Below, piece by piece: positions 33,665-46,276 of a stretch of 64,000 bases of DNA. The stretch lies in assembly GCF_009914755.1 (NCBI RefSeq), contig NC_060929.1. One strand, written 5' to 3'. Numbering within the stretch: the stretch's first letter is position 1; each line of letters starts with the position of its first letter. The notes beneath the pieces are model-generated. The model ran no database searches, was not told where the DNA came from, and saw only the letters and a list, made by a program, of their open reading frames with translations. A program made the translations under genes and the position numbers. This DNA is from the human T2T-CHM13v2.0 reference genome, Homo sapiens.

Positions 33665-34429
33665 GGGCTGGCTACTCAGGATCCATCCTCAAATAATGAA
33701 TGCTCCCTGACATCAACGATCCTTCAGTCCATTGGGGTGATAGAACAGTGTCTGTGACCACAGCACAACATGGTAGGTGTTAAAATATACACAACAACTG
33801 GTGGGAGCACAAAGAGAAGATAATTTCAATCGTACTTGAAAGTGAACTGATTCACTCAGTGATTTTATTTTGTCATTGAATGAGGAGGCTAAATCATTTG
33901 ATGAAAATGAAGAGAAAAAGATGGTGGTATACTTGAGGAGAAAATGACTTTTTAGCACCTATGCTGGGAAGAATAGTTGAAGGAATTGGAAACGAAACAA
34001 CTAATGATGTTTAGGCAGTGTAGAAGTCAGAATTGGAAATAATGGACTTATAGGATCTTCAATCTGAGGTTGGGATTCATTATGCAAATACTTTAGCAAT
34101 CTGGATATAAGATTAGAGAAATTGATGGCTGAATTTGGGATTTCAGAGAAGATGAAACAGAAAATCAAGGAACCAAGGAAGAAGATGAGCTGAGAAAAAT
34201 AGCAAGACAATTATTGCAGTTCTGGCTCATAGAGTTTAGGCTGACTAAGGAAAGAAAGACAATCAAAGCTTCTGAGAGTTTAGGGAAAAGGCACTTGATT
34301 CTGATCCCCCACAAATCACTGAGACTAAGGAGTTGATGCTGTGTTTGGTTTAAACCTAGGTGATGTATTCCCTCCCTGAGGTGGAGAAAACTCACAGCTG
34401 AGAAGAAAGTTCAGGTATGCTACCATGAA

Positions 34430-34900
34430 AACCATGAATGCACTAGCAGAGACCACTAGTTCCCTACTTTCTTCTAGGGTAAGTGAACCCCTAATTTTTA
34501 GCGGTAGAAATAACAACTTCATTTCCTAATGTCTTCTGTAGCTAGACATGGCCATGTAGCTAACGAGCTGGTCAAAGGAATGTGGACAAAAGTGGTGTGT
34601 GCAACTTCTGAACTGTGCCCTTAAAAGGAAGGTGACATTATTGTTTTCCTTTCACTCTTTTTCTGCTGGCTGGAATGTGATGTAACTGTGGTGGTGAGCT
34701 GACTTGAACCATGAGGAAGAGACTACATCCTAGGGAGGGCAGAACAACAGAAGGGGCCCATGTCCCTGAATGATCTCATAGAACCTTCACACCAGCCCTA
34801 GTCCTACATAAGGGACAATTAATTAAACTTGTTCATTTTTCAAACCACTTTTAATGTGGGTCTCTGTAACAAGCATCAGGACCTATATTTCACCTATTTC
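34430..34900 (+). mobile_element. Old MLT1 (I/J-like) LTR
   Basis: ...GCTAG...TGGCCATGT...TTCTGCTGGCTGGAATG...ACCATGAGGA...AGAACAACAGAAGG..CC..GTCCCTGA; boundaries approximate. Confidence 0.55.
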
Positions 34901-35261
34901 AGGTGTCCACTAAAAAAGATAAGCTGGGAATATATATGACCATAGCATAAGACAGAAAGTAGTAAGCAATAAATAGAGACACATGTAAAAATTAAGGATG
35001 TGTATAATAATCACCTCAAGTCAAGCTGGGAGCTTTCATAAGAGGTTGAAGTTTTTGACCCATGACAGACTCCAGACTTTCCATAAGGTGGTGGATTTGC
35101 AGGCCAGGGAATGTGACTATGTGCTCTTAAGAATCATCCATTGATTTTCCTATCATTTTTCTAGACCTTTTGACTTATTGAGAAAAGAATTATGTGGCTT
35201 ATGATAAAATTGGAGTGAATCGCAGACGAGAAATTATTCAGAGTCCTTTCGTTATCTAGAG

Positions 35262-35465
35262 CTGCAATCACTAAATAGGTAACCACTGGCCACATGTGGC
35301 TAATTAGATTTAAATTAATTAAAATTAAATAAAATTTTAAAACTCAGTTCCACACACCGGCCACATTTCAAGTGTTCAGGGGTCACAGGTTGCCAGTAGC
35401 TACTGTATTGGACAGCACAGATAGGGAACATTTCCATCATGTCAGAAAATTCTATTGGACAGTTC
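35262..35465 (-). mobile_element. MER3 hAT-Charlie MITE just upstream of the promoter
   Basis: GCCACATGTGGCT, AT-rich core, TATTGGACAG twice; TCTAGAG on both flanks fits hAT target preference. Confidence 0.85.
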
Positions 35466-35741
35466 TAGAGAGATCTAAGAGACAGTACGTGTCTCTCGCT
35501 CACCAATACTCCATCTCGCCTCAGCCTGCGTGCAATCCAAGCCCAGAGACTGGTGCCCAGGCTCTACCACTTCCTACAGAAGATTTAAAAACTGGTAGTG
35601 CCAACAGAAATTATTTAGCCTAGTCCCGCCAAGAAGGTGATGTGGTAATAAAGTCCAAGATTCTGCCACATAAGTCGGGTCAGCAAGTCGGTGGCGAAAA
35701 GAGGGCCACGTCCCAGACTTTCTGGGAGAAGGCGGGACAAA

Positions 35742-35845
35742 GGGGCGGGGCGAGCGCAGCGCCCTCCGGGTGGGCGCCGTCAAGAGGCCGGGGGCGGGGC
35801 CGAGCGCGGCTGGGCGGGGCCTTGAGAGGCCGGCCGGGGGCGGGG
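35742..35845 (+). promoter_or_regulatory. Four Sp/KLF GC boxes
   Basis: GGGGCGGGGC 35742-35751 and 35791-35800; GGGCGGGGC 35812-35820; GGGGCGGGG 35837-35845. Confidence 0.8.
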
Positions 35846-35881
35846 AGGCTGGCGGGTCGGCGCGGGCCCAGCCGTGCGTGC

Positions 35882-35890
35882 TCACGTGAC
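35882..35890. promoter_or_regulatory. E-box / CLEAR-like site TCACGTGAC (USF or MiT-TFE type)
   Basis: Minus strand 35881-35890 reads GTCACGTGAG, 9/10 to the CLEAR consensus GTCACGTGAC, about 45 nt upstream of the ATG. Confidence 0.7.
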
Positions 35891-35931
35891 GGGTCCGCGA
35901 GGCCCAGCTCGCGCAGTCGTTCGGGTGAGCG

Positions 35932-35942
35932 AAGATGGCGGC
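35932..35942 (+). promoter_or_regulatory. YY1 motif AAGATGGCGGC overlapping the start codon
   Basis: Exact match to the YY1 core AAGATGGCGGC. Confidence 0.65.
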
Positions 35943-36042
35943 CGAGAGGGAACCTCCTCCGCTGGGGGACGGGAAGCCCACCGACTTTGAGGATCTGGAG
36001 GACGGAGAGGACCTGTTCACCAGCACTGTCTCCACCCTAGAG
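35935..36042 (+). CDS. SNX2: SNX2 coding exon 1 (codons 1-36, MAAEREPPPLGDGKPTDFEDLEDGEDLFTSTVSTLE)
   Basis: ATG at 35935 in strong Kozak context (AAGATGG) in a CpG island; 108 nt match the recognised SNX2 N-terminus; donor GAG|GTGAGA at 36042/36043, phase 0. Confidence 0.97.
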
Positions 36043-37265
36043 GTGAGACCGCGTCGCTGCGGGTGCTGCGCTGCGTAGCTGCCGCGCGTCTCACCTTTCC
36101 CCTGCCCCGACTTGTCCCTCCCCATCCCCCGTGTTTGCAAGGACCGTCTTGGGGTGACACCTGTGACGCGAGCCCCACCTCCGGTGCCTGTCAGAGGGAT
36201 GTGCTTGGGCTGAGCGCAGGGCCTCCTCAGGAGAGCAGCCTGCGGCCCGCGGGTGCCGACCTAATCCTCAGAGGGGCCAGAACCGAACCGAGCATTGCAG
36301 CGGCGCTTTCCCAGCTCAGCTGGCCTTCCTCGGTGTCTCTTGCACCTCCTCCTCTTCAAGCCGGAGAAGGGCTTGCTCTGCATCCCAGTAAACCTCCACC
36401 GAGCTCTTTTGAAGGGGTGCTCGCTTTTCCTTTCCAGAGGGAGGGTGTGCCGCTGCCAGGGGAGCGCAATGAAGTGAGCGCTGAGGGGCCGAGGGTCTGT
36501 GGGGAACGAATGGGTGCACTTTCCCAGGAATGGCCCTTCACGGACTGCTGGTTCCTCTTGAGGGAGCTGCTTCTGATTTGGACTGTTAAATAGGTAAATG
36601 CATTTGCCTCTTTTTGTTTGTCTTTAGTTCCTAGACTTTTAAAAGGTCATAGTATTTATAAAATGTAAAGCTGAAGGCAGGATTAGTCCAGGAAACTGCT
36701 GTTGTGTGTGTGTGTGTTTTCGAAGTTACCAAGGGAGAAATAGAAACAGATCTCCACTCCTTTTTCCTCTTTTCTCGCTTGATCAGCGATCTCTGAAGCT
36801 GTGTGTTCCTGTTTTTGTCAAAGGAAGCACCCTCTATAAACTTAACTGTATTGGGCCCTCCTTATATCCAGTTCCATTTGAATTGCTTTGCGTTTGATGA
36901 GAGCACCCACACCTCACAGCCTAATTTTAAGTGTGTGTATGTGAATTAAAATGTATGAAATTTCCCAGAGGATTGTTTACTGTGGGCTATACTTGCTTTT
37001 AAAGTATTTTCAATAAGCTTTCTTGGCTTGTTTAACTCTGCACCAAATCAATTGGAAATTACTGTAAAATATCCATTATCTGAAATTCAGTTACCTGAAA
37101 CTGGAAACCCGGAAACAGTTTTCAGCACTGATCACATTCTGCTAATTGTATATGCAGTGTCCCACCCAAACCCCACCTCCCCTCAGGTTATAGGTTTTCT
37201 GCAGCTTAGTGTTAATTTCCTGATCATCTTTGTGTCTCTCACAAAATCTTGAACATGTGTATTTA

Positions 37266-37346
37266 TTAGGTTGGTGCAAAAGTAATTGTGGTTTTTGCCA
37301 TCCCTTTTAATAGCCAAAAGCCGCAATTACTTTTGCACAAACCTAA
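37266..37346. mobile_element. MADE1 (Hsmar1-derived palindromic MITE)
   Basis: 81 bp: TTAGGTTGGTGCAAAAGTAATTG...CAATTACTTTTGCACAAACCTAA, flanked by TA at 37264-37265 and 37347-37348. Confidence 0.95.
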
Positions 37347-37974
37347 TAGTAAATGTTTGCCTGAGTTAAAACCAGCACCTCCTAAAATTAATAAAAATTA
37401 TCTTGCAGAATATATTTTCGGGGATTAGTATCCTTTTAGCCCTTTCTACTTACTATACAGCTACTTTAACATGTACATGTGTTGAAAGTGTCTGCAGGAT
37501 CCTAAGACCTGTATTCCTTTTGGAGGATACAGTTTTTCTACCAGCGAGAATCAGAACAAACTTGATTGACCCTAGTGTGAACTAGAATACTGTGAAGGCT
37601 AAGCATTCTGTTGGGGGTCGTTTAGAGTTGAGTAGAAAGAACTATAATCTGTATTTCCCATGTGAATAAAACTTTAAAAAACAGAGTGTTACAACCTTTT
37701 TTCAGTAAGTCTGCAAAGTTTGATCATGAATAATTTATCTTGGTTAACGCACTGTAAAAGTTGTAAACACATTTGTTTTTGATTATTCATCTCAGCACCT
37801 TATTTAATGTACTCATTTAGGTTACTAATTTTCAGAAGGTGGTGTGGCTATGAGATTTGTAAAGTCAGATTTTTTTTTTCTTTTTAAATTTGGGAAGGAT
37901 ATATAGCAGTATTTCCTAGTATACCAAAACTGCTTTAAAGGAATGTTCTTTCAGTACTTCACTTTTCTTTTAAA

Positions 37975-38230
37975 CAGTGCTTCTCAAACTGTGGTGTGCT
38001 GGAGTATCCACAGTATTCATCTTTAAAATGCAGATGCCTGTGCCTCACTGGAAACTTCATGTTTAATAAGTGTTCTAGATCCGTGTTTTGCAATCTTTGT
38101 AAATAGGGATCTTGTTGAAGTGCAAATTCGGATTCTGTAGGACTGGGTAGAACCCAGTATTCTGCATTTTTAACACGCTTTCCTGATATCAGTGCTTCTG
38201 GTCCATAGACAACATTGAGTTGCAAGGCCC
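37975..38230. mobile_element. MER5A/B-type hAT-Charlie remnants
   Basis: CAGTGCTTCTCAAACT...AAATGCAGAT...TCTGCATTTTTAAC. Confidence 0.65.
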
Positions 38231-38519
38231 TACGTGATTCTGATATAGATCATCAGGCTTGAATAGTTATTACCTAAGAAAATATATACTACTTAAACCA
38301 TAAAATCAAAAGTCAGTCATATAAATTAATGTCTTTTAACTTAAAGTAAGTCAGAGTTTATTATATTATTCATATAGGAACTTTTTCATTTAAGAGCATT
38401 TAATTTGCAGGGGGATCAATTGAAATTTAAGTGAAAATCAAATTATAGAAAGCTTCAATGGCATAATTGTTAAGCTTGTAATGCCTATGCATTACTATAT
38501 CTGTACACTTATGTGTATA

Positions 38520-39610
<1,091 letters not shown>

Positions 39611-39969
39611 TGTATATTTTTTAACCCAATATTAAACTCCTCCCCTTTCAAAATTAATAACAGCCACATAAAGCTATATCAGTAAATAAAACATTTCAAA
39701 CTCCTACTGTATGTTTCTTTTGTGACTGTGAAACAAAAAAGGGATGGAGACAGAGAAGGGAATGAGAAGGGAAAAAAATCTGGCAAAAGCCTGTTCTTCT
39801 ATGGTACCTGAGAGGCAAGGCTTTAACTTGTTTATGAATACTGTTTTATTCCTTAAATGGTGCAACCCTAAGCTTAATGGTGCTTGACCTTTAAATACAG
39901 TTTTGCATGGAGTAGTAGATAGTACGTTTTAAAAAAAAGGTCAGGAATTTATATTAACTACCTGGTTCT

Positions 39970-40535
39970 TTTTTAAAAACATCTGTGTTGAGATATGATT
40001 TATATATCATATAATTTACCCATTTAGTATGTACAATTTAATGGTTTCTAGTGTATTCACAGATATGCCCAACATCACCTCAGTTTTAGAGCGTTTTCAT
40101 CACCTCAGAAAGATACCCTGTACCCTTTAGCTATCATCCCACGCCTTAATTCCCTCATCCCCTCTGCCCTCAACTGTAAGCAACCACTAATCTACTTTCT
40201 GTCTCTAGATTTCCCTATTCTAGACTTTATATGAATGGATCGTATAATACATGGTCTTTTGTGACGGGCTTTTTTCCTTTAGTACAATGGTTTCTAGGTC
40301 TGTAGCACGTATCAATACTTCATTCCTTTTTATGACCAAATAATATTCTATAGTATGGCTGTACCACAGTTTGTTTAACCATTTGTTGATGGACATTTAG
40401 GTGGTTATGAATATGACCATGAGTATTCAGCTATTGTGAATAATGCCGTTAACATTCGTGTACAAGTGGAATTGCTGGGTTATGTGGTAACTCCATGTTT
40501 AATCATTTGAAGAGTTGCCAGACTGGTTTCCCAAA
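39970..40535 (-). mobile_element. L1MB-type 3' fragment
   Basis: GCAACCACTAATCTACTTTCTGTCTCTA...GTGGAATTGCTGGGT.ATG.GGTAACTC. Confidence 0.75.
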
Positions 40536-40558
40536 ATGGGATGAGTTGGAGGCACTTT

Positions 40559-40755
40559 TTTAAAAAATTATTTTATTTTTTCAAGTTCTGGGGTACATGT
40601 GGAGGATTCGCAGGTTTGTTAATAGGTAAATGTGTGCCATGGTGGTTTGCTGCTCCTATCAACCCATCACCTAGGTATTAAGCCCAGCATGCATTAGGTC
40701 TTTTCCCTAATGCTCTCCTGTCCTCCCCTTACAGGCCCCAGTTTGTGTTGTTTCA
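40559..40755 (-). mobile_element. 5'-truncated L1PA (PA7/8-like) 3' end with intact 15-bp TSD
   Basis: GGGGTACATGTG..G...GTGCCATGGTGGTTTGCTGC; AGTTGGAGGCACTTT at 40544-40558 and 40756-40770. Confidence 0.9.
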
Positions 40756-41387
40756 AGTTGGAGGCACTTTAAACAGTCTGAGGTTAAAGGCCTAAAGAAA
40801 GAAAGTGCAAATAATAAAGGAGAAAAGAGAACTTATGTAATAACAGATTAAAAGATAATATTCAGAAGTCTTATAATGCCTCCCTTCAGATGATTCTTAG
40901 GGGAGGGAATAATAAGTTTATTTCACTTGAGGTTATGTTATATCAGTGAAGATAGCATTAGGCAGCTAGGACTGCTGGATGGGCTAGAGATGTAGCTTTG
41001 GGAGTCTATCTTAAACTTATTGAAAACACTAAACCGGGATCTTTGTGGAAATCTAGTCTTCCTCTAGTGGAGTGTATGAACCAACAGAAGTCAATATAAT
41101 AAATACAATCGTGTGAATAAATACCTGCCATACCAGGTGATATATGTGTAATTAAAAATCTGCACAAGGTACAGAAACAGGTGATATATGTGTAATTAAA
41201 ATAGAAATAGTATAGAAGACTGGGGTGACTTGATTGCATAGAGATGATCTTTGAGGCCCTGAAAGTGGTTGAGAATTATCAAGAGAAAGTAGAATAAGAC
41301 AGGAGACACTTTTGATAAAGAGGAACTGCGAGCAAGTTTAGTATCTGCTGTTCTAACATAACAGGTAGTAAAAGTATATATAACTTG

Positions 41388-41698
<311 letters not shown>

Positions 41699-42524
41699 TT
41701 GTTTTCTTAATTCTGTTTTCTAATCCTTGGGCCTCCAACTTTAAATGTGTGAATTTTTTGAAAATTTCATTACGAATTATCTATGTTTCAGAGGGAAAAA
41801 TTTGTGAACAGGTATTTAAATGCATTAAGCATGGAAAATTACTAGAAAGAGATTTATGAAGAAGCGTGATTCAAGTTGACCACTTTCTCTTGAAACCATT
41901 AAATTTAAGGAGTTTTGAATGAATTATTTTTAGATCCTATAAAAATAAGTTATTTTATGAAGTTGCTTGCGACAGGGATGCTCAGCTTTTCTTGAAGAGA
42001 TTTTCTTAGCCTCTTCCCAGCCTCTGGCAACCACTGATCTGTTTTCTGCCTAAAGTTTTGTCTTTTCTAGAATGTCATATAGGTGGAATCATAGATTATG
42101 AAACTTTTAGAGTTTGACTTTCTTTAACTTAACATAAAGCATTTGAGAGTCATTAAGTTTGTTCTATGTATCAATTGTTAATGACTTGTTTATTATTGAT
42201 TTAGTATTCCATTGTTTGTATGTAACAGTTTGTTGATCAGCTGAAGGACATTTCAGTTGTTTCCAGTTTGGGGTATTTATGAATAAAGCAATATAAACAT
42301 GTATTTACAGGCTTTTGTGTGAGCATGAGTTTTCAGTTTTGCAGCATACATACCTACAAAGTAGGGTGGCTGGGTTGTGTGGTAAATATAAGCTTAATTT
42401 TAAATAAACTGCCAAACTATTTTCAAAAGTGGCTGTACCATTTTGCATTGCATCAATAATGACTAAGAATGACAGTTTTTCCATATCCTTGTCAGCACTT
42501 GTTATTATCAATTTTAATTTTAGG

Positions 42525-42917
42525 CAGTGGTGAGCTGAAGGCTGGTCTTGCTAGCAAGAACTGTATGTTACATTTTTAGGAATTTTATGAACTAGTTAAT
42601 AAACAGCCATTATTAAAAATTAAATGCAATGAATTTAAAATTAAATATATACCTATGTAAAGATTATACATAATTTTATAAAATTTTTATTAATGTTATA
42701 AATATGTAAAAATAATAAATATATAAAGCTCCTTGCTTTCTAATTCCTTTACTACATTTCACTATTACCTATGCTCTTGAGATTAATTATGTCTGTTGTG
42801 TCTGTATGGTGGAAGGTACGTGTCTTCGCAACTCTACCACAGAAATCAGCAAAAGCTAAAAATCTGGATCTTCTCCTCTGCAGATCTGATTGCTAAACAT
42901 TTACCAGCACAACACTG
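42525..42917. mobile_element. MER63-like hAT-Blackjack transposon nested in L1
   Basis: Inverted termini CAGTGGTG.GCTG / CCAGCACAACACTG; internal AAACAGCCATTATTAAAAATTAAA. Confidence 0.75.
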
Positions 42918-43064
42918 ATTTTTAGCCATTCTAAGAGGTGTTTAGTGTTACCTCATCCCTTTAATATATATTCACTAATGCCTAATGTTGCTGAGTATCT
43001 TTTTATGTACATACCATCTGAATATTATCTTTTTTGGTTATGTGTCCTTTTACATCTTTTGCTT

Positions 43065-44076
<1,012 letters not shown>

Positions 44077-44786
44077 AGTGACTTGTTTTTTTGTTTGATT
44101 AACCGTATCTTTCTCAGAGCAGATGTTTAACATTAACATTTAAAGGAAAGCTATCTTTTCTTTTTTTATTGATAGTATTTTAGATGTCACATATATGAAA
44201 TCCTTTGCTAACTTTAACCCATGGTCACAAAGATTTTGCTTATAGTTTCTTCCAAAAGAATTTGGAATTTTACATTGTACATTTAGGATTCATGTTGAGT
44301 TAATTTTTGTGTGAGATATGGGTTGACATTCTTTTTTTAAAATACAGATACTTAGTTATTCCAGCACCATTTGTTGAAAGTCTAGCCTTTCTTTATTGGG
44401 CTGTCTTTTTCAGAAATGAACTGACCATATATATGTGGGTTGACCTATTTCTGTTTTGTTTCATTGATCTATTGAGAATCCTTTCCCAGTCTACACTGTC
44501 TTGATTATTTAATCTGAATCTTGAAATCAAGTCGAATGACTCCTCTAACTTTGTTATTTTAAAAATTGCCTTGGCTATTCTAGTTCTTTTGCTTTTTCTT
44601 ATAATTTTAGAATCAATTTGTTGATTTCTACTGAAAAATCCTGCTGAGATTTTAATTGGGATTGTGTTGAATTCAGAAATTAGTTTCAGGAGAATTAACC
44701 CATTAACAATATTGAGCCTTCAAGCTATAAGCATAATCTCTCTATTTAGTTAGATCTTGATTTTCTTTCACTAATGTTTGTAGCTT

Positions 44787-44838
44787 TCAGCATACAGATC
44801 TAGCACATATTTTGTTATGTGCTAGATCTGTATGCTGA
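44787..44838. repeat. Perfect 23-bp inverted repeat with 6-nt spacer
   Basis: TCAGCATACAGATCTAGCACATA (44787-44809), TTTTGT, TATGTGCTAGATCTGTATGCTGA (44816-44838). Confidence 0.97.
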
Positions 44839-46139
44839 GTATTTCATAGTTTTTAGTGCTTTTATTTCTTTTATTACTTTTTATATTTCCCCTTTGGTTG
44901 CATGTTGACCCTGTATGATAGCAACTGTTCTAAACACTTACTAGGTTTAGTAGGTTTTTGTAGAGTCCGATGATTTTCTGTGTAGATAATCATATTGTTT
45001 GTGATTGGAGTTTTATTTCCTTCTCTCAGTCTTTATACCTTTTTTTTTTTTCTCTTGTCCTAATGGCTGGGTAGGACCACCAGTATAATATTGAATAAAA
45101 GTGGTGATAGTGAATATTCTTTCCTTTTTCATGATCTCAGGATATAAGATGTTATCTGTAAGGTTTTTTGTTTTTTTTAATGAGCTTAATCAAATGAAGT
45201 TCTCCTCTGTTTCTAGTTTTCTGAGTTTTTATCCATGAACGGATGTTAATTTTGACAAATGCTTTTTCTGCATTCATTATGATAATCATATAGTTTTCTT
45301 CTTTAGTTTATTGATAAGTTAGATTATATTGATTTTTTTTTCTTTTTTTTTAAGCCCCACCCTCAGAATGATTTTCAAACTGATTCAAAAAAGTTGAATC
45401 AGCGTTGCATTCTTGGGATAAACCCCACACAATCATAATGTATTTATCCTTTTTATATATTGCTGGATGCAATTTGCTAGATTTTGTTTAGGCTTTTGTG
45501 TCTGTGTTCACGACAGATATTTGTGTTTTCTTTTTCATGTATCTTTGGTTTTCATATGAGAAATGCTAGCTTCGTTAAGTGATTTGGCGAGTGTTTCCTC
45601 TTATTTCATATTCTTGAAGAGGTTGTGTGGAATTAGTCTTACGTCTTCCCTAAATGTTGATAGAATTTACTAATGAAGTCATCTGAATTGTAGTTTTGTT
45701 TGTTGGAAGGCTTTTAACGACAAATTCAATTTTTTAAATACAGGACTGCTTCATGGTGAACTTTGGAAGTATGTATCTTTTAAGGAATTTATCCATTCAG
45801 TCTCAGTTGTGAAATTTATGGGCATACTGTTTTTTGTAGTACTTATCATCCTGTTAACATGTTTGTGGAGTCTGTGGATGGTAAACTTTTCTTTTTTTTC
45901 CTGATACTGGTAATTTACATCTTCTGTTTATTTATGTATTTTGATTTGGTAGAGGTTTGATATCCTCTTAGGATCTTCTCAAACAATTACCTTTTGCTTT
46001 CATTGATTTTTTTCCTCCTGTTGTTTCTGTTGTGAATTTCATTGATTTCTGCTCTGTTTTCTTTCTTCTGCTTGCTTTGTGTTTAATTTGCTCTTCTAGT
46101 TTTTTTTTGTTGTTGTTGTTAATTTTAGTTTTTATTTTT

Positions 46140-46276
46140 ATTTTTATTTTTTTTGTAGAGACAGGGAGTCACACTATGTTGCCCAGGCTGCTCTTGAACT
46201 CCTGGCCCCAAGTGAGCCACTTACCTTGGCCTCCCAAAATGCTGGAATTACAAGTGTGAGCCACTGCACCGAGCCT
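46140..46276 (-). mobile_element. Alu left monomer (FLAM-like)
   Basis: Single antisense arm within the L1. Confidence 0.8.

Larger units (their letters stand above)
35680..36520 (+). promoter_or_regulatory. SNX2: CpG island / GC-rich promoter of SNX2 with no obvious TATA box
   Basis: Only extended GC-rich, CpG-dense unique stretch in the window; spans exon 1; boundaries estimated by eye. Confidence 0.92.

Noticed and set aside
35574-36140. 188-aa minus-strand ORF and overlapping 132/176-aa plus-strand ORFs at the promoter
   Set aside because: Stop-poor frames are expected in a GC-rich island; low-complexity P/R/G/A sequence; the real frame is SNX2 exon 1.
41056-41073. CTCF-like CCACTAGAGG on the minus strand
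   Set aside because: The following bases (AAGA) miss the conserved GGC end of the motif.
41134-41201. Repeat-spacer-repeat as a CRISPR-like array
   Set aside because: Only two repeats, primate intron, no cas genes; kept only as a local duplication.
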